A stretch of DNA of 64,000 bases from Octopus vulgaris (taxonomy: Eukaryota), in the NCBI GenBank assembly GCA_951406725.2, contig OX597833.1, forward strand, positions 36,890,001 to 36,954,000, read 5' to 3'. The position numbers and the translations under genes were made by a program. The notes under the pieces were generated by a model, which saw only the letters and a list, made by a program, of their open reading frames with translations, had not been told where the DNA came from and ran no database searches. Of this stretch, positions 56,848-64,000 are shown in pieces (position 1 is the stretch's first letter; the number at the start of each line of letters is the position of its first letter).

Positions 56848-57399
56848 AAAGGCGACTCCAGGTCATCACAGATTTCGTTACTTGGGCTCATCACAGATTT
56901 TGCATAAGACACATGCCTGCTTGAAGAATTTCACGTTTTTCCGCAATATTTGTAACCCAAATGGCTTATTTTATATATCTAGCACTATGTCTTTCTCCAT
57001 TTCTAAATTAAGGGTAAATATGATGCAACCCTGCAAAACGCAACTGATCTTTACACACACTCACACACACACACACAAAATAACAGCAAACAAATAACGA
57101 CAACGGAGTGCACGACAAACACTGGCCGTTAGAATTTTTTAAAATTCGTTATCTCTATATTGAATCAATTTCAGAATTAATCTCATAAAAGATTTATTCC
57201 TCTTCAGTAGAGCTTACGAGAGAATATAAATAAGATACTTACATGCGCCCATGGAAAAAGCCGAAGCAAAAAACATGGGTACATTTAAGTACCCCAGTTA
57301 TATCTAAAAATAAAAATTCTTTGGTCAGCCTATATATATGAAAAGATGAAAAAGGCAATGACGACAAAAGGAAGATAATACAGGAGAGAGAAAATTTAG

Positions 57400-57900
57400 C
57401 ATATTTTGTGTTAGTTTAAAGCTTCAAAAGAAGAAATAGTCTTGACTTTTCGTGCGTTAGTCCTTCACCAGAAGAAAGATATGCAAAAAAAAAAGTTTGA
57501 GAAAGGAGGACAGAAAAATAGGAATGGCTTTGGGTCAGGTGGGAATGCGGTTTTAAGAGGGGGGAGAGAGGAAGGGAAGAGAGGTGGCGACGTATGTGCA
57601 TGTAAGGGAGGGTATCCGTGCATTGGTATTTGTTGGGATATGTGGAAGTGTAAAAATAGAAGAGTGTAGTGACATGAGAGGGTGGTGTGTAGAAGTAACT
57701 GCATTGCACGTAAGAAGAAGGTTTGGAGGGGAGGATAAGGAAGTAGTCAGAGCGAGTGTGAGGTGAAAGGGAAAGGCAATGTAGTATTTAAGAAAAAATA
57801 CTGAATAAACCGTATAAATAGTAAAGAAATAAATGATAACAACAACAACAGCAATAATAATAAAGTGCATCAATAGTAAATGTGTGTTAGTGTGTGTACT
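57400..57900 (-). mobile_element. Possible decayed PLE 3' end with degenerate HHR
   Basis: Minus strand TTCTT-CTGGTGAAGG..CACGAAAAGTC-AAGA around 57440-57475, in a pyrimidine-rich context like 43600-43800. Confidence 0.3.
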
Positions 57901-58000
57901 TGACAAATATACCACACGCTTTACGCATATACGTATGTATACATATATATATATATATATATACATATATCTATGTATAAAGATATGTATAGACTTATAC

Positions 58001-58040
<40 letters not shown>

Positions 58041-58043
<3 letters not shown>

Positions 58044-58146
58044 TTCTTCCCTTCTTTCCTGAGCGTCCAATAATACTTTATTTGTTCCACGTCCTCGCGT
58101 TGGTGTGTTTTTTTTTTTGTTTTCTTTTGTGTTTTCTTGTTTGAAT

Positions 58147-58150
<4 letters not shown>
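58041..58150 (+). mobile_element. 5'-truncated copy of the short HHR cassette (3' half only)
   Basis: TCCTTCTTCCCTTCTTTCCTGAGCGTCCAATAATACTTTATTTGTTCCACGTCCTCGCGTT...TTGAATTAAC matches 26481-26579. Flanked by (TA)n. Confidence 0.75.
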
Positions 58151-58196
<46 letters not shown>

Positions 58197-59059
58197 AAAA
58201 TAATATGGTGTCCGGCCTAAGGCCCAACACTAACCATTACATTTAGTCCTCTCTTCGTCACAACGTCGACAGTTTGGAATTTCCTCGACATCAATCGCGT
58301 CGAGTTTGCAAATCTCGGAAGACATACGAAAGAATTTTGGCACAGCCTTCCTACTGACCAAATCAATAATAAGCAACATAGATACGTGCTTGCACACGCA
58401 CGCACACACACACACAGAAATATACACACACAGAGAAACACACACACATACATACATACATACATACATACATACATACATACATACATACATACATACA
58501 TACATACATACATACATACCAATGCATTTCAAATTGACGCACATTACAGACGCATAAATTCATGCATATGTAATCACATCACTTCGCCCAAAATACATAC
58601 AAATATATACAAACAATTTAGACGAACATATCGAATATATTGCATGAAGACGCACGCAGAAGCACATGTATCCATGCGAAGTTCCACCGTACAACACTAA
58701 CATGTAACGAATACAAACATATCATACATGCACCGTTCTATCCCAACACATTAGAGTGCTTGCAGTGGCATAAGGCTAAGAGATTCACAGGTAGGGAATA
58801 GACGTTTTCATCGGCTTCAGTACTTGATAGGTATTTTATTTTATCAAACATGGATGGATTGAAAAGCAAAGTTGACCTCGGCGGGATTAAGAGAAGTAAC
58901 AACACACATTATGTAAGACGCGCCTCTTACCACATCATATACATGTATAAAACCACTATAACAACACACAACTACCCACCCAATAACCCAAACATGTATA
59001 CACACCGTTCTGCCATTTTATATTTACATACGACCGACCAACACACTCTTTCCCTCACA

Positions 59060-59092
<33 letters not shown>

Positions 59093-59217
59093 CCTCTTTT
59101 ATTCATACACACGCACACATGCACACATAAGCATAATTTATCACTCATTTTTACTCGTTTCTCAATCTCTTTCAACTATTTTTCTTTTTAACCCTTGTCT
59201 GGGTCTGTCTTTCCAAG

Positions 59218-59435
<218 letters not shown>

Positions 59436-59618
59436 AGTATGTCTGTCTGCCTGCCTGCCTATCTGTCTGTCTGTATGTATATTTGTCACACTCATTTTTA
59501 TCTCATGCATTCATACAAACTCTCTTGCGTTTTCTATTAACACACATTCTCCTTACTTTCTCTTTTTTGCTTCACACAAACATACATACCTTCTCTTTCT
59601 CTCTCCTCTCCCTGTCTC

Positions 59619-59676
<58 letters not shown>

Positions 59677-60473
59677 GCTCTCCCTTATGTGTTTTATGCC
59701 TTTTTTTGGTCACTGAAGTAGTTTATACTTCTTCCACCTTTCCGTATACTTCTATCTCTTGCTCTTTATATATCTATCTTTTCTCTGTTACCAAAATAGT
59801 TGATCCCTTCCCTATGCCAAATGTCTCTCTCTCTCCCTCTCTCTCTCTCGTCTCTCTTCTCTATCTCTCCTCTCTAACACTCATCTATCTCTCCTCTCTC
59901 TCCCTCTCTCTCTCTCCTTCTCCCTCTCTCCCTCTCTCTCTCTCTGTCTCTCACACACACACACACACACATTCTCACTCTCTCTGTTCCTTTAGGACTG
60001 ACTATGATTGTTTCTTTCTCTTTCTGTCACCATGTGTTTTTCTGTGTGACAGCCAACATGTCTTCCATATTTTGATTGGTCTTCGTTATTTCTACCGCTT
60101 TTTTCGAGGAGCTTATATATAGATATCTAATTTTTTTCCTGTATGCCTGTTTGTCAGCTACTTTTAAATCCATTCTTATCAGCATCATCTCTATTTTCCA
60201 AGCGAAATTAGCTGATTTTATTTGAATTATCTCTCTTGTTTGTTTTTAAATTTTAAACACTTTAAGAGTCTTTAAAATTTAAACAACTAATCTCAGTTAA
60301 TCGAAGTTTTTCAACTGCTTAAATTGTGTTCGACTCTACTGTGCGTGTAGTTATGCAGAACGCTCTTCTAAGGTACTTTACCTCAGTTGTATTATGGTAT
60401 TATGTTATCTGTTTGTATTTGTATCTAGAAATGGGTTGTTTGTCTATCAGTCTGTATACACGCGTGGATACAT

Positions 60474-60573
<100 letters not shown>

Positions 60574-61670
60574 CCGATCTTAATAAATTTCTGACCACTT
60601 AATAAATTTTTAAAACTTGAAATTTTTTTCAGTCAGTCTATAATCTGGTGACCAATTTTCAGAATCATCTGAGGAGTAATAATTTAACAACGTGAAACTA
60701 ATAGCTGTAACTTGTCAAGTTTCAGTTTCTCAATAAAATCTGTAAACTCTTCTTGTATTAAGTAATTTTTTTTTTGTCTAACCTGGAAACGCAAGGATTT
60801 AATTATACGTATGTATGTATGTATGTATGTATGTATGTATGTATGTATGTATGTATGTATGTATGTATGTATGTATGTATGTATGTATGTATGTATGTAT
60901 GTATGTATGCATGCATGTATGTATGTATGTATGTATGTATGTATGTATGTATGTATGTATGTATGTATGTATGTAGGCATGCAGGCAATGACATTAATAA
61001 TGACGCTTATCCGAAGCGCATTTACTGAATTTGGAACATCACAAATGCATTGTTCGACATTTAGTAAACTAGTTTCGGGAATGCTGCTCTGTCTTTTGTG
61101 AGAAATATTTGCTGTTGAGCGCCACGGATAAGTCGGGCGAGCTGAAGAACGAAGGATTCAGCCCTTGAGAAAACGGACGTCAAAAGGAGAGTTGGTAACG
61201 ATTGTTAGACGATGGAAACTGCAATATTCTGGCGCAGTTCTAAAGGCCCAGAATCTCTGTAACCACATCTTCGAGTTGGACGGTTACAAAACTTACCTTC
61301 AAGTGACAATACGTAGGTAGAGTGATGTTATCGAGGCCTGGATTGCAAAGGCAGGGTATATGGTGGAATATTTTATTACCGCACGAGATCACAGTGTATG
61401 GCGAAGTGTGGTGGTTTTGTCTGAGATACCTCCCACACGAACCTAGCCTCAACCATAAGGAGGGAGGCAACATGCTCTTCATCATCAAACAAAAATGGGT
61501 TGCGACAAATTTAAGCTAATAAAATCACAACCAACTTTAACAATAATTGTTTCTTGTATTGGCGCGGGATTAATATAGTTTGAAATAGAATATGGCCATT
61601 GAATCTAATCTGGTAAATGATAATTACTTTACTTTAATCGACCTCATAGGGAAGAATGAAAGATTTATTT

Positions 61671-62066
61671 GGAGTGCTGTGTGGTAAGTAGCTTGCTAAC
61701 CAGCCACATGGTTCCGGGTTCAGTCCCACTGCGTGGCATCTTGGGCAAGTGTCTTCTGCTATAGCCCCGAGCCGACCAATGCCTTGTGAGTGGATTTGGT
61801 AGACGGAAATTGAAAGAAGCCTGTCGTATATATGTATATATATATATGTATGTGTGTGTGTTTGTGTGTCTGTGTTTGTCCCCCTAGCATTGCTTGACAC
61901 CGATGCTGGTGTGTTTACGTCCCCGTCACTTAGCGGTTCGGCAAAAAGAGACCGATAGAATAAGTACTGGGCTTACAAAGAATAAGTCCCGGCGTCGATT
62001 TGCTCGACTAAAGGCGGTGCTCCAGCATGGCCGCAGTCAAATGACTGAAACAAGTAAAAGAATAAA
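61671..62066 (+). mobile_element. SINE family B
   Basis: Near full-length, low-divergence copy. Confidence 0.88.
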
Positions 62067-63141
62067 AAAAGAAAAAGAATGTCAGTGGATGTATTTACTG
62101 AGTCCAGCAGTTTGACTGCGCCACACTGACCTAACAACATCTACAATATTATTAATCAAACCCTTCCTTTTCAATTTAATGATAATTTCTAATATAGACA
62201 GATGGCAAACACATTTAGGGGACAGAACAGTCGGTTAGCTCGATTACAGCATTTGACTAGTGCACTTGGATTGTTATCGAAAGGAGGATGACATGCACAA
62301 TCGATGTCTGTAGTATTTGAAAGTAAACAGATGTGAGTATATACAGCAAGATATTTTGCCCTGCACGCTCATTATTCTGCCACTTACCGACTTGATGGTG
62401 AGAATATTGAATACTTTTTATGTAAGATGGGTCAGTTGAAACCATTCCACTTCCACTCCACGCTTAAAATCTAAAAAAGAAAAAGATTTAAATGTCGCAA
62501 CATATCATTTCCTTCCGCCTTAAAACATGTAGGACTTTTACATAAAATAAGAAGAAGAAAAAGAAGAAACAAATAGTTTTATATAATATATTGATTGATT
62601 CATTATTCCTTTGATTTGTTTTTGATGGGGTGCGGAATTTCATCTGAAAGTGAAATTCCTTTTTTTTTTTCCTCCATTTTTAGAGACAAAAAAAAATTAG
62701 CTGCAGATTGGGCAGTGTAAGACAGAAATACTTTAGAGTATGGAATAATTTCTATTGGAATTCCAAACAGCATTCACAGACAAGATATTCCTTCACAAGT
62801 ACGTTCCGTCTCACCCACTCTCTCTCTAGGCTTGCACTACCTTTGTCTACTTCCGTCCGACCCCCGTCCAAGATCGATAAATTCCGCACAGTCTGGTATG
62901 ATGTCGTTGTTTCAGCTGGATTCTATACAGCAAGCTCAATTTGACCTTATTTTCATTTGATAGCGCTCTCATCTTCCCTTACTACCAACTTCCTCTCCAT
63001 CGTCTCCTTCGCCTCCTCCATTCCCCTCTTTCCTTGTTCCTTCATCTCCTCTGGCGCACTCAATTTCCAATTCCTTCCCCCACATCCAACATGTATTCCA
63101 ATTCTCTCTCTTGCTCTCACTCTCTCTTTCTCTCTCGCTCC

Positions 63142-63243
<102 letters not shown>

Positions 63244-63645
63244 CTTCTAACTCTTTTTTTCTCCTCATTCATCATCACTCGTTTTCATATGCATGCGTAC
63301 ACCACCCCGACCCTATTTCATCCTTCTACTCCTGCAAATTTCTTATCACTCTCAACGCCCTCCTTACAACCTTTCACCTCCTCCTACTGTTCCCGAACAT
63401 ATATACTTGCACGCTCTCCTCCCATCTTGTCTCTGATGCTTGCTTGTTCTCCTTTATTGTTTGCCGACTCAATCGTTGCAGTCAAACGTAAAGCCTTCAT
63501 TATTAGTGTTCTCGTAAATTTTCATGGTTATTTACGAAAGCAGGCGAGACACAACGAATTTGGTTCATTTATGATAGGTTGCATAATGTTATTTTTCTTC
63601 CTCCTGAGAGAAATAAAATAATCTCTCTCCACCTCTCTTCCTCTC

Positions 63646-63762
<117 letters not shown>

Positions 63763-63781
63763 GGATATATATATATTCATG

Positions 63782-63821
<40 letters not shown>

Positions 63822-64000
63822 AGTGTATAAGTATATATATACACATATATATACATATATATATTATATCATATTTTATATCATATAATGTATATTATAA
63901 AGTTTCTATATTATATACTTAATATATATAATGTATTATATATCTGACCTTTTATATATTACTTGTTTCAGTTATTAGATTGCGGCCATGCTGGGGCACC

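Noticed and set aside
61110-61490. GC-richer block, possible LINE 3' fragment
   Set aside because: No convincing protein motif could be read across frames.

Overview
AT-rich, extremely microsatellite-dense eukaryotic non-genic DNA. The SINE families and repeat landscape suggest an octopus (coleoid cephalopod) genome; this is inference. No host protein-coding gene could be supported, and almost all listed ORFs are translations of simple repeats or SINEs. The one long real ORF (26715-28772) is a Penelope-like retroelement (PLE) with RT and a C-terminal GIY-YIG endonuclease, Hydra-clade-like. It is followed by a well-formed type I hammerhead ribozyme (HHR) fold with a non-canonical CCGAAGA core. 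Short (about 200 bp) non-coding cassettes carrying minimal HHR motifs sit inside (TA)n tracts (26366, 37549, 49741, 58041), and further decayed HHR/PLE ends occur elsewhere. Together these suggest a (TA)n-targeting, ribozyme-bearing retroelement system with autonomous and non-autonomous members. The window also holds a full-length dead Tc1 element, hAT, pogo/Tigger, CR1 and HERO-like remnants, a Helitron-like terminus, at least four tRNA-type SINE families (nested, dimeric, tail-swapped and inverted copies), three MITE-like fold-backs and one near-perfect spacerless 170-bp palindrome. Coordinates of decayed repeats are approximate, read by eye.
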